Assembly (NCBI RefSeq): GCF_003072485.1
Contig: NZ_CP025989.1
Coordinates: forward strand, 630,001 to 662,000
Reading direction: 5' to 3'
DNA length: 32,000 nucleotides
DNA from: Candidatus Fokinia solitaria
Lineage (GTDB): Bacteria > Pseudomonadota > Alphaproteobacteria > Rickettsiales > Midichloriaceae
Shown here: positions 1 to 9,631 of the stretch, in pieces
Layout of the letters: every line of letters starts with the position of its first letter
How positions within the stretch are numbered: position 1 is the stretch's first letter
The notes under the pieces: model-generated
Told to the model about the DNA's origin: nothing
Seen by the model: the letters and a program-made list of their open reading frames with translations, nothing else
The model's database searches: none
Translations under genes and position numbers: made by a program

Positions 1-393
1 AGGCAAAGGTAAATAGTTCATTTTAAATATCCATCTTCAAAATACACGTGCAATATCATACGTGTAACCGTAGAATATAATGAATTATTGCTTTTATCAG
101 TGAATCTCTTTAGTTACTTTAATGTCTCTGAGATTGTTTTACTTTCTTAATACTAGATGCTCTGCTTTTCAAAGAAGTTCTTCTTTTACTGAACTGCTTT
201 TTGTCTATGTATGACAACAATTTTCTCGCAGTATCTTCTATACATGACATGGACTTCTGCCCCATTGAGTACCAAAAAGAGCGAGATAACATTTTGTGAA
301 AGGACATGGTGATTGACAAAAAATATTAAATAGAACTTTATTATAAGTGATTTCAAATTTAATTATAAAATTATATAATTTAAATATCAATGC

Positions 394-1341
394 ATGATCA
401 ATAATTTAGATCCGATAGCGTTTCACGTACTAGGTTTTGATATATATTGGTACGGTATTTTTTACGGCTTCAGTTTCTTAATATGCTCCTTGATGATGGG
501 ATATTTTCTCAATCTTGAAGTAATTGAAGCAGAACAAACATCGTTCAACAATAAACACTCTATATCAATACTAAACGGTAAATACGGCGATAGATTACTA
601 ATATTTCTCGTACTCTCCGTAATACTCGGTAGTAGACTTGGTTATACTGTTTTCTATGCGCCTCACTGGTTTCAAAAAGACATCTTACACATCTTTAACA
701 CAAGAAATGGTGGACTATCGCTACATGGAGGATTAATAGGCGGATTTATCGGGATATTACTTTTCTCTCTTTATGTCTTATCAAATTCAAAGTACCGCTA
801 CTACAAGGTAATACTAAGACATAGAAATAATAAATTCATCTCAGATATCTGTTGTAGCAAATCACTTTTAGCAAGCTTACTATTAACCTTCAGTATATCA
901 GATGCAATTGCGATATTCTGCCCAATCGGATTGCTGCTAGGACGCATCAGTAACTTCATCAACGGAGAGTTATACGGTACGGTAACAGAATTACCTATAG
1001 GTATTATCTTTGCAAAAGTTGACAGTTTCCCTAGACATCCAAGTCAGATATATGAAGCAATTCTAGAAGGCATCGTCCTCTTATTCATCACAACTAATCT
1101 CGCAAAAAATACAAAAATTTTGTCATTTCATGGCATGATCTCGGGCATAACATTGGTATTCTACTCGATATTTCGATATCTGTGCGAATTTTTACGCGCT
1201 CCTCTAGATGGACATGTAGAGTTTATGAACAGATTTATCACAAAAGGACAATCTTTGAGTGTCTACTCGTTATGCGTTGGAGGAGGTGTAATTTTATTCA
1301 GCATGCTTTTGAAGTTTTTAACTAGATATAGTAAAAAATGA
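394..1341 (+). CDS. lgt: Prolipoprotein diacylglyceryl transferase (Lgt)
   Basis: 315-aa multi-TM ORF; Lgt-like motifs YWYGIFYGFSF, GLSLHGGLIGG, GLLLGRISNFINGELYG, PRHPSQIYEAILEG. Confidence 0.96.
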   Translation: MINNLDPIAFHVLGFDIYWYGIFYGFSFLICSLMMGYFLNLEVIEAEQTSFNNKHSISILNGKYGDRLLIFLVLSVILGSRLGYTVFYAPHWFQKDILHIFNTRNGGLSLHGGLIGGFIGILLFSLYVLSNSKYRYYKVILRHRNNKFISDICCSKSLLASLLLTFSISDAIAIFCPIGLLLGRISNFINGELYGTVTELPIGIIFAKVDSFPRHPSQIYEAILEGIVLLFITTNLAKNTKILSFHGMISGITLVFYSIFRYLCEFLRAPLDGHVEFMNRFITKGQSLSVYSLCVGGGVILFSMLLKFLTRYSKK

Positions 1342-1394
1342 CAGTTGCATGTTGCGCGTCATAAACATGCATAGATACGAGTACATGTTATTTC

Positions 1395-2480
1395 ATGAAT
1401 ATTGCAACTGAAGAATTTTACTTCCATTTACCGCAAGAACTCATAGCTCGATACCCTGTGACACCAAGGGATAGCTCGAAGCTACTATACATGAATAAAA
1501 CAGGAGTATTGCAAGATTTATCTTTTAAAGATGTAGTAAAATTACTCAAAAAAAATGATGTATTGGTACTGAATGATACAAAGGTAATTCCTAGCATGCT
1601 TAAGTGCAGTACTAAGGATAGCAACACACGAGTAAGAATCGACATACTAAAACATTATCACGATCACGATATATTATATTGCAACGCACTTGTAACACCG
1701 AGAAAACATTGTCGACCAAATACAATACTGCAATGCATAAGTAATAAAAATACTACTCTTGAACTCTCCGTAGAAGATATTCAACAAAATATAGTCACTC
1801 TCAAAGTACATAGTAGTAAAAGCTTCCATGACATCATGAGAGAATACGGCAACGTTCCTCTGCCGCCATACATACTCAAAGCTCGTTCCGCACATAATAT
1901 AATCGAAAAACAAGAAACAGATAAAGATAACTACCAAACAGTATATGCAAAATACGACGGCTCCATCGCTGCGCCTACCGCAGGCTTACACTTCACTGAC
2001 ACACTACTTGCAGAAATATCCAAAATAGGAGTAAAAATATGCTATATCACATTACACGTAGGATTAGGCACTTTCTTACCGATTAATACATCGCTACTAA
2101 ACGAGCATAAAATGCACGAAGAAACATTCGAAGTCACTCAAGAGACAATCGATATACTACGAAATGCAAAGGAAAATCACTCAAGAATCGTAGCAGTTGG
2201 AACAACAAGTATAAGAGTTCTAGAGCACATCGCATTGCGCAATATATCAACTGCAAGTATCGGTACAACAGATATTTTCATTTCCCCTGGATATAAGTTC
2301 AAAACAGTAAACTCCATCATAACCAATTTTCATATGAGTAAGAGTACTCCTCTTGTGCTGGTGTGCGCTGCAGCAGGAAAAGAACAAATCTTCAACATGT
2401 ATAAACATGCTATTGATGGTAAATACAGAATGCTGAGTTATGGAGACGCATGCATGATAGATGTTGTGACGAATGAATAA
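1395..2480 (+). CDS. queA: S-adenosylmethionine:tRNA ribosyltransferase-isomerase (QueA)
   Basis: ORF with LPQELIARYPVTPRDSSKLL, VLNDTKVIPS, YQTVYAKYDGSIAAPTAGLHFT, LHVGLGTFLPI, VGTTSIRVLE; typical QueA motifs. Confidence 0.96.
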   Translation: MNIATEEFYFHLPQELIARYPVTPRDSSKLLYMNKTGVLQDLSFKDVVKLLKKNDVLVLNDTKVIPSMLKCSTKDSNTRVRIDILKHYHDHDILYCNALVTPRKHCRPNTILQCISNKNTTLELSVEDIQQNIVTLKVHSSKSFHDIMREYGNVPLPPYILKARSAHNIIEKQETDKDNYQTVYAKYDGSIAAPTAGLHFTDTLLAEISKIGVKICYITLHVGLGTFLPINTSLLNEHKMHEETFEVTQETIDILRNAKENHSRIVAVGTTSIRVLEHIALRNISTASIGTTDIFISPGYKFKTVNSIITNFHMSKSTPLVLVCAAAGKEQIFNMYKHAIDGKYRMLSYGDACMIDVVTNE

Positions 2481-2605
2481 CACATTTTTCTTCCATTGAA
2501 TAAACAAAGCGCAATCTCAGCAAGCATCGTACGTACAACACCAATAAACGCATTGCAAAATCTGCTTTTATAGGACATAGTAATCATAAATCATGTTACT
2601 TTTAG

Positions 2606-3682
2606 ATGCAGATGCAGCAGTCATCACAAAATCAGGACTTGATAAGCAAGTACCACAAGGAAATAAAATTCTGCCAACAACAAGCAATTTTTCAGCAAAA
2701 ACAGGTAGAATTTTGTCAACAGCAGATACAATTTTATCAGGAGCAGATTAGCCTTCAACAGCGAGTAGTAAAAGATTATAAGCTACAAATAGATAGTGCA
2801 GAGCAACAAATGCAAGATCTTCATTCGCACATGCAGATGCTGCAAGAGCAAACATTACAACAGCAGCTTACTACATATTCTGATGTTTACCTTAGAGTAG
2901 TGCAGTTCTATATGTTCTTTATACGCGATGCAGAGTATCAGAATGCATATGCTATCAACTCGTACTTTGAAAGTGCCTGTAATGTGATATCTCCTGCTCT
3001 TTATCAACCTTATATGTTACAGGAATTACCTGATTATGTAGACCGTATTCGTGCCTCTTACGATCTAGACGATAACGAAGAGTTAGTTCTTTTTAATGAA
3101 TACACTGTTCTATTACATCAGATACAAGATACCGTATCTTCTTATGAAGATGAATCTGCAGTACGTCAGTATGCCGTTGCAATGTATGTCTTCTTTAGAG
3201 CTGCATGCGATTTCACTGATGAAGAACAACGACTTCCAGAAGAGATGTTGGAGACGATACGTGGATTTCGCAGTGAGCAAAATATGACTCAGATACTACA
3301 ACAGCAAATACAGCAAAATGATGTACAATTACTTCCTATAGAACCTCAGCAGCAGTTGATAATGCTTCAACAGTTAGAGCCTTCTTATCAGCAGGAAGTT
3401 TCTAGCAAACAGCAAAAGTTATCTGAGGATCAGCAGCAGCTATCTGAATATCAGCAGCGGTTATCCGAATATCAACAAGAATTGTCCGAACGTCGGGAGA
3501 GAGTATCTCAATTTCAACAACGACTATCCGAATATCAGCAAGAACAGGAGATAATACTTCAGCAACAAGCGCTTCAACAACAGGAAGGTGACGCTAATCA
3601 AGACGAAATTCCGGTACAATGTGGATTCGCAGCAGATATCGAGAATATATCCGATCACAACAGCATCCATGATGAGATCTAG
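2606..3682 (+). CDS. Gln-rich coiled-coil repeat protein, paralog A
   Basis: 358-aa ORF; N-terminal Q-rich heptads, central non-repetitive core, C-terminal 7-aa repeats (YQQxLSE), C-terminal 34 aa identical to the neighbouring ORF. No family recognised. Confidence 0.85.
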   Translation: MQMQQSSQNQDLISKYHKEIKFCQQQAIFQQKQVEFCQQQIQFYQEQISLQQRVVKDYKLQIDSAEQQMQDLHSHMQMLQEQTLQQQLTTYSDVYLRVVQFYMFFIRDAEYQNAYAINSYFESACNVISPALYQPYMLQELPDYVDRIRASYDLDDNEELVLFNEYTVLLHQIQDTVSSYEDESAVRQYAVAMYVFFRAACDFTDEEQRLPEEMLETIRGFRSEQNMTQILQQQIQQNDVQLLPIEPQQQLIMLQQLEPSYQQEVSSKQQKLSEDQQQLSEYQQRLSEYQQELSERRERVSQFQQRLSEYQQEQEIILQQQALQQQEGDANQDEIPVQCGFAADIENISDHNSIHDEI

Positions 3683-3788
3683 TAATTGATATACAAGCAC
3701 CTTTTCTACAGCTTACGTTCGAAGTCGCATATTGCAAGAGGTGTTTTCGTGAGATATTGTTATAGTATATCAACTATATATCGCATAA

Positions 3789-5030
3789 ATGAAGGAATCG
3801 TCGCAGAACACTCAACAACATGAAATGACTGAGCTAAAAGTAGCAGAGCCATGGCGAAAGACTCTTCAATCTCAAGAAATTGTCTCACAGTTAGCATCTT
3901 TTTCTGAGGACGATATAGCTTTTTCTCAAAGCCGAGTACACTATTATCAAGAGCAAGTAGTTTTTTTGCAACAGCAAATAAGTTACTACCAACAGCAAGT
4001 AGAATTTACTGAAAAGCAAATAAGTCACCACCAACAGCAAGTAGAATTCACTGAAAGACAAATAAGTTACTACCAGCAACAAGTAAGCAACTTACAGCAG
4101 CAGGCGCAAGACTTTCACTCACACATGCAGATGCTACAAGAGCAAACATTGCAACAGACACTTGCTATATATTCCGATGTTTACCTTAGAATAGTGAAGC
4201 CCTATATGTCCTTTATGTGTCATAGAACAGAATTTCATCATCCACACGTTATCAGTGCGCACTTTAAAAGTGCTTGTAACATGATATCTCCTACTCTCTA
4301 TCAACCTTATATGTTACAGGAATTACCTAATTACATAGACCATATTCGTGCTTCTTACGATCTAGATGATAGCGAAGAGTTAGCTTTTTTTAATGAATAC
4401 ACTGCTCTATTACATCAGATACAAGATACTGTATCTTCTCATGAGGATGAATCTGCAGTACGTCAGTATGCTGTTGCAATGTACGTCTTCTTTAGAGCTA
4501 TATGCAATTTCACTGATGAAGAACAACGACCTTCAGAAGAGATGTTAGAGGCGATACATGAGTTTCGTAGCAAGCAAAGTATGACTCAGATGCTGCAACA
4601 GCAAGTGCACCAAAGTGATACACAATTGCTTCCTGTAGAACCTCAGCAGCAGTTGACAATGCTTCAACAGTTAGAGCCTTCTTATCAGCGGGAGATTTCT
4701 GAAAATCAGCAAACATTATCTGGATATCAGCAAGAGCTACTTTCACATCTGCAAGATGTATCTGAATATCAACGTGAATCATTCGAATGTCAACAGATGG
4801 TATCTCAATATCAACAACAACTGCCCGAATGTCAGCAAGAGTTATTTAGATATCAACAAACATTAGCTGAGTGTCAACGAGAATTGTCATATCGGCAAGA
4901 ACAAGTGCCTCAGCAACGAGTGCTTCAGCAGGAAGGTGACGCTAATCAAGATGAAATCCCGGTACAATGTGGATTCGCAGCAGATATCGAGAATATATCC
5001 GATCACAACAGCATCCACGATGAGATCTAG
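3789..5030 (+). CDS. Gln-rich coiled-coil repeat protein, paralog B
   Basis: 413-aa ORF with the same three-part architecture as 2606-3682 and the same C-terminus (GDANQDEIPVQCGFAADIENISDHNSIHDEI). Confidence 0.85.
   Translation: MKESSQNTQQHEMTELKVAEPWRKTLQSQEIVSQLASFSEDDIAFSQSRVHYYQEQVVFLQQQISYYQQQVEFTEKQISHHQQQVEFTERQISYYQQQVSNLQQQAQDFHSHMQMLQEQTLQQTLAIYSDVYLRIVKPYMSFMCHRTEFHHPHVISAHFKSACNMISPTLYQPYMLQELPNYIDHIRASYDLDDSEELAFFNEYTALLHQIQDTVSSHEDESAVRQYAVAMYVFFRAICNFTDEEQRPSEEMLEAIHEFRSKQSMTQMLQQQVHQSDTQLLPVEPQQQLTMLQQLEPSYQREISENQQTLSGYQQELLSHLQDVSEYQRESFECQQMVSQYQQQLPECQQELFRYQQTLAECQRELSYRQEQVPQQRVLQQEGDANQDEIPVQCGFAADIENISDHNSIHDEI
3937..4106 (+). repeat. 42-bp (14-aa) tandem repeat within paralog B N-terminus
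   Basis: Units starting at about 3939, 3981, 4023 and 4065, encoding (V/I)(H/S)xxQxQVxFxxxQ-type units; the 3981, 4023 and 4065 units are spaced exactly 42 bp. Confidence 0.85.
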
Positions 5031-5302
5031 TAATTGATACGCTAATCGATACTCTATATTCATTACTAAAAATTTCATAATCTTCACTGTTTCTTGTGAT
5101 CATTTTATTACTGACAAATTAACAGTGTAACCTTGCTCTTCCATATCTTGTATACTTCTCAAGAATATGAAGGTAAGCGTGTATTTGCATCTCATAGCAA
5201 TACACTGCTACTCATCATACGACTCAGACATCTAAATATTTTAGCTGAAATCTCTATATCGCCATACTTTCACAAAAAGATGAATATATCTATTTTGTAG
5301 AA

Positions 5303-8300
5303 TTAATTCTTTTTAAAGAAATATTGACATAGTTTTGCTTCATCATCATACCTAATATATACTATCTCTTCATTTTTTAACTCTTCTAAGTTCTCATTAT
5401 TCAGATCATACTTTGACTTCGATTTCCATACTATGATGACGTTATTTTCGTTATCATGCGTAGCAATTCTTACATATGCGCCATCGTGTTTTCGGTTACT
5501 ATCTAAAAAAGATGATAACCTTTTCATGCTTTGAAAATCAGTGATAGGAAAAATATAGTCCTTCACTTTATCATAAGCATCTATTCTTTCTACAGATTCT
5601 ACTGTAATCCTTACTCCAAAATTATCTTTTCTTATTTCCACATTACAAACAATAATCTGCCCTTCGGCTAACAGATCTTTCTGCGCTATTAAAATTGCTT
5701 CATTAAAAATCGATACATCAAGAAAGCCAGTTTCGTCACATAACTGCATAAATGCGAACTTCCCTCCTTTGCCACTGCTAGACGAACGTACTTTCAACGA
5801 TGTAATGATACCTGCGACTTTTTTTGTGATATCTTTTTGCTCTTCATTTTCTATCTTAAATACTAGTTCTTCTATTTCCGATATCTGACTTACAAAAGAT
5901 CGTTGCAAATCCAATCTCCATATCTGAAGCGGATTGTGTAGTAAATAAAATCCAAGCGCTTGATATTCGAACATTGCACGTTCATTATCGTTAAGAGAAG
6001 ATGTTTTGATAAAATTTTCTAGCTCATCAATTGAATTTTTCTTTGGTAAGCTTTTTTTAAATAGACTATTCTGCTTCAAGTTAGCAATTGCCATTTCTGA
6101 GTGATACTCACTCTCCTTTATGAGATTTTCCACATTCTCCAATAGTTCTTTAATATTCGGATATAATTCAGCAAATGCGCATGCTTTGATCATTTGCTCC
6201 ATATTTCTCTTATTCAGTTCTTTATTTTTGATTCTATATATAAAATCTAATATCGATTTAAAGGTGCCATTTTTTTCCCTCTCTGCACATATTTCTTTTA
6301 CCAACTGACTGCTAACACCTTTTATCGCTTCTAATCCATACCTTATTTCATTACCTTCTATCATAAATTCCGAATAAGAAAAATTAATGGAAGGAGGTTT
6401 GATTTGAATTTGCAACAATCTTGCTTCATTACAATAAATAGCTAACTTATTGGTTTGCATGATATCGAGATTCATCAGTATACACAGAAACTCGATTGGA
6501 TAATGCGCTTTAAGATAAGCAGTTTGATAAGAGATGATAGAATACGCAGCAGCATGAGATTTATTAAAGCCGTAACTCGCGAACTTATTGACAGTATCGA
6601 AAATTTCTATTGCACTTTTTTCTTCGATACCATTTTTAACAGCATTTTCTATAAAAGTACTTTGATGTTTCGCCATTTCATTTTTATCCTTTTTTCCCAT
6701 CGCTCTTCTCAGCAAATCTGCTTCTCCTAGAGAATAGTTTGCGATCACTCGTGCTATTTCTATTACCTGCTCCTGATATATTATGATACCGTACGTATCC
6801 TTCAACACGTCAGCAATCCTAGGATGTATATACTCCACTGCTTCTAATCCATGCTTTCTTCTATTATACGATGGAATATTTGACATCGGCCCTGGTCTAT
6901 ATAATGAACTCAAAGCAATCAAATCATCTATACTATCTGGCTTCAGTCCCTTTATCGCTTCTTTCATACCAACGCCTTCAAACTGAAACACACCTACTGT
7001 CAGACCTTTTGTCAGCATTTCAAATGTCTTTACATCTGTAAGAGGTAAATTACTGATATCTATTTGAATACCTCTGTGCTGCTTTATGATATTGCATGTT
7101 TGCGCAATCACTGTTAGCGTTTTCAAGCCTAAAAAGTCGAACTTTACCAAACCAGCTAATTCTGTATATTTCATACTATATTGCACTAGTATCAAATCAG
7201 AATCCTGCGTTTTACATAACGGTACATCACCGAGTAGAGTAGTATCAGATATCACAACGCCTGCACTATGCATCGATATATGTCTATGCAATCCCTCAAG
7301 TTTTAATCCAATCTCTATTAATCTTCTTACGTCATCATCAGTTTTACTCATCTCTTGTAGACTTTTATCTATTGCTACAGCAGTAGCGAGATCTATAGGG
7401 TGCGCAGGATTGTTAGGTATCATTTTACATATTCTGTCCACAACACGATAAGGTATCTGCAAAACACGCCCTACATCTCGCAGTACAGCTCTTGGCTGTA
7501 ACTTACCAAACGTGATAATATGCGCAACTCTATCAGAGCCGTACTTTTTTTTTACGTATTCTATTACTCGATCACGTCCTAATTGACAAAAATCTACATC
7601 AATATCCGGCATACTTATACGAGCTGGATTAAGAAATCTTTCAAAAAGAAGATTAAATTTTATAGGATCTAATGCTGTAATATTCAAAACCCAAGCGACG
7701 ATTGAGCCTACCGCTGAACCACGTCCAGGACCTACCGCAATATCATTATCTCTACTCCAACGAATAAAGTCTGATACCACAAGAAAATACCCCGAAAATC
7801 CCATACTGCATATTACATCCAATTCACGCTGCAACCTTTCAAAGTATAACATCTTTGTCTCTTCCGTCATTTTTTCGACTTTTTCCTCTAAGCCTTTTAA
7901 AGTTCTCTGACGCAGTATCAGATCTTCTTGCGCACGCGAAGCAAAAGTAGGCAATCTTGGAGAAGATGACTGCGGCATAAACGAGCACTTTCGCGCAAGT
8001 GCTATTGTATTTTCTACTGCTTTCGGTAAGTCTGCAAAAAGACTCTGAAATTCATCATATGTTCTGAGAAATTCACCTTTTTGCACTGCTTTTCTATCTT
8101 TTGTAGCAATATAAGTACCATTACTTATGCACATCATCACATCACATGCCTCCGCATCAGATACACTCATATGAGTTGCAATACAACTTGCAACTATCGG
8201 TATGTGATTCAGAGAACAAAACGCAATAAAAGCGCTTTCCGCTGTATAAAATATGTTATCTTCAACTCTTGAAATCTCTATATAAAGTTCTGCACTACTT

Positions 8301-8863
8301 AATGAAGCTTTTAATTGAGTAATGATATTACCGATTGTTGCTTGCAACTCTTCATTTGTGCTGTTTAAACGGCATAAAAAATCTTTATCAGCTGTCCCCC
8401 AAAGTACTATTAAACCCTCACAGTATTCACTAATTTGACGTAAACATAAATTACATGGCACTTTATCTTCTATCGCCATTAAAGCAAATTCAGTTTCATC
8501 ATTCGCCTTTTCTACTCTCATATATAAGAGACTTGATAGAATCGTGAGATTTTTTACTCCTCTTTCATTAGTAGCGATGAGAACAATTTCTATTTCTGCG
8601 GCATCAGATACCACTTCATCAAGACGCACTTTCAATGTTAGTCCAGGAATATACTGAATACCATTTTTCTTCGCTAACAATGAGCATTCAAGCATTCCAA
8701 ATAAATCATTTCTATCTGTAATACAGAACGCCGGTATCTTATGTGTTTTACAAAATTTCACTACATCTTCTATTCTTATATTGCTTTCACCAATTGAGTA
8801 AGATGAGAATATTCGAAGAGGGATATAAAAATCTTTAAACATATATTGATCACACGTATTCAA
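5303..8863 (-). CDS. dnaE: DNA polymerase III alpha subunit (DnaE)
   Basis: 1186-aa ORF; GPGRGSAVGSIVAWVLNITALDPIKFNLLFERFLNPARISMPDIDVDFCQ, PGPMSNIPSYNRRKHG, YGIIIYQEQVI, SYGFNKSHAAAYSIISYQTAYLKAHYP. Confidence 0.98.
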   Translation of the reverse strand: MNTCDQYMFKDFYIPLRIFSSYSIGESNIRIEDVVKFCKTHKIPAFCITDRNDLFGMLECSLLAKKNGIQYIPGLTLKVRLDEVVSDAAEIEIVLIATNERGVKNLTILSSLLYMRVEKANDETEFALMAIEDKVPCNLCLRQISEYCEGLIVLWGTADKDFLCRLNSTNEELQATIGNIITQLKASLSSAELYIEISRVEDNIFYTAESAFIAFCSLNHIPIVASCIATHMSVSDAEACDVMMCISNGTYIATKDRKAVQKGEFLRTYDEFQSLFADLPKAVENTIALARKCSFMPQSSSPRLPTFASRAQEDLILRQRTLKGLEEKVEKMTEETKMLYFERLQRELDVICSMGFSGYFLVVSDFIRWSRDNDIAVGPGRGSAVGSIVAWVLNITALDPIKFNLLFERFLNPARISMPDIDVDFCQLGRDRVIEYVKKKYGSDRVAHIITFGKLQPRAVLRDVGRVLQIPYRVVDRICKMIPNNPAHPIDLATAVAIDKSLQEMSKTDDDVRRLIEIGLKLEGLHRHISMHSAGVVISDTTLLGDVPLCKTQDSDLILVQYSMKYTELAGLVKFDFLGLKTLTVIAQTCNIIKQHRGIQIDISNLPLTDVKTFEMLTKGLTVGVFQFEGVGMKEAIKGLKPDSIDDLIALSSLYRPGPMSNIPSYNRRKHGLEAVEYIHPRIADVLKDTYGIIIYQEQVIEIARVIANYSLGEADLLRRAMGKKDKNEMAKHQSTFIENAVKNGIEEKSAIEIFDTVNKFASYGFNKSHAAAYSIISYQTAYLKAHYPIEFLCILMNLDIMQTNKLAIYCNEARLLQIQIKPPSINFSYSEFMIEGNEIRYGLEAIKGVSSQLVKEICAEREKNGTFKSILDFIYRIKNKELNKRNMEQMIKACAFAELYPNIKELLENVENLIKESEYHSEMAIANLKQNSLFKKSLPKKNSIDELENFIKTSSLNDNERAMFEYQALGFYLLHNPLQIWRLDLQRSFVSQISEIEELVFKIENEEQKDITKKVAGIITSLKVRSSSSGKGGKFAFMQLCDETGFLDVSIFNEAILIAQKDLLAEGQIIVCNVEIRKDNFGVRITVESVERIDAYDKVKDYIFPITDFQSMKRLSSFLDSNRKHDGAYVRIATHDNENNVIIVWKSKSKYDLNNENLEELKNEEIVYIRYDDEAKLCQYFFKKN

Positions 8864-8921
8864 AGTGGTATTGATATTTCAGTTATGAAATGTTCAACAA
8901 TATACATTGTGTACAATAGTT

Positions 8922-9209
8922 ATGAAAAAATTTCTTTCAAATAAAATTTCCCTGTTGTTTTTAGTTTCAGCTCTTGTGCCGTTTGCACTGATTGGATGCT
9001 CTGAAAATAAGAAAGAAGAAAAAACAGCGCAATCCGAATCCTCTACCGAGTCCTCTACCGAACAATCTCACAGCACAGAAGGACACGACTCTACAGAACA
9101 TCAGTCTTCTGCATCAGAAACTGCACCTTCTGATAGCGAACAAGCATCTTCTACTACTAATGAGAGCAACACTGCTGCACCTGCTACCTCTGCACAGTCT
9201 TCTGACTAA
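8922..9209 (+). CDS. Small putative lipoprotein with Ser/Thr/Glu-rich low-complexity tail
   Basis: Likely ATG at 8922 (the ORF-track start at 8907 is TTG); signal peptide MKKFLSNKISLLFLVSALVPFALIGC with lipobox-like LIGC, then a low-complexity S/T/E/Q region. Confidence 0.75.
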   Translation: MKKFLSNKISLLFLVSALVPFALIGCSENKKEEKTAQSESSTESSTEQSHSTEGHDSTEHQSSASETAPSDSEQASSTTNESNTAAPATSAQSSD

Positions 9210-9250
9210 TTTGCAGATCAGTACTAGTTTAAAAAGTTAGTACGGTTGAT

Positions 9251-9294
9251 CGAAGTAGAATTTGCTTTATGGCGTTCTACTTCGGTGCTTTTTT
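9251..9294 (+). terminator. Rho-independent terminator after the small lipoprotein gene
   Basis: Perfect 10-bp inverted repeat cgaagtagaa / ttctacttcg (9251-9260 / 9275-9284) followed by gtgcttttttc. Confidence 0.8.
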
Positions 9295-9631
9295 CAAGTC
9301 ATTTATATCTTAGTGTCAAACTTCTTCTAAGGTCCTGTTTCTGTCTGCCTCAGATATTCTTCTCCGTTCTTGATATTTCTGAACATCTTTTGCTGCACTC
9401 GCTTCTCTCATTTCCACATTCTCTTAGCACTCTAAAGCACGGTTAGTGGTTTGTCTTTGTTCGTAGAAACAATTGCTTGAGTGCAATTCGTTTTTGTTAT
9501 GTCAGTACTAAAGACTTTGATGATATAAGTATAATCCCTTTCTCCTCGCAAAGGTTTTTTGAAAATTTTACAATTTCCAAATATCACGTTGCACTACCTA
9601 CTGTCCGCATATAGATATCTTCACCTGCGCA

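Noticed and set aside
119-319. 66-aa minus-strand basic ORF upstream of lgt
   Set aside because: No recognisable motif, no clear coding signal; kept only as a possible gene pending homology search.
3937-4106. CRISPR-like array
   Set aside because: Regular 42-bp spacing comes from contiguous in-frame protein repeats; there are no unique spacers and no cas genes.
3096-5087. Minus-strand ORFs opposite the Gln-rich genes (e.g. 3891-4082, 4510-4782, 4887-5087)
   Set aside because: Shadow ORFs produced by low-complexity repeats; the plus-strand frames are supported by paralog conservation.
8992-9240. 82-aa plus-strand ORF overlapping the small lipoprotein
   Set aside because: Out-of-frame reading of the low-complexity tail; the lipoprotein frame has a signal peptide and ends shortly before the terminator.
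9246-9446. 66-aa plus-strand ORF after the lipoprotein gene
   Set aside because: Starts before the terminator hairpin and reads through it; composition looks non-coding.
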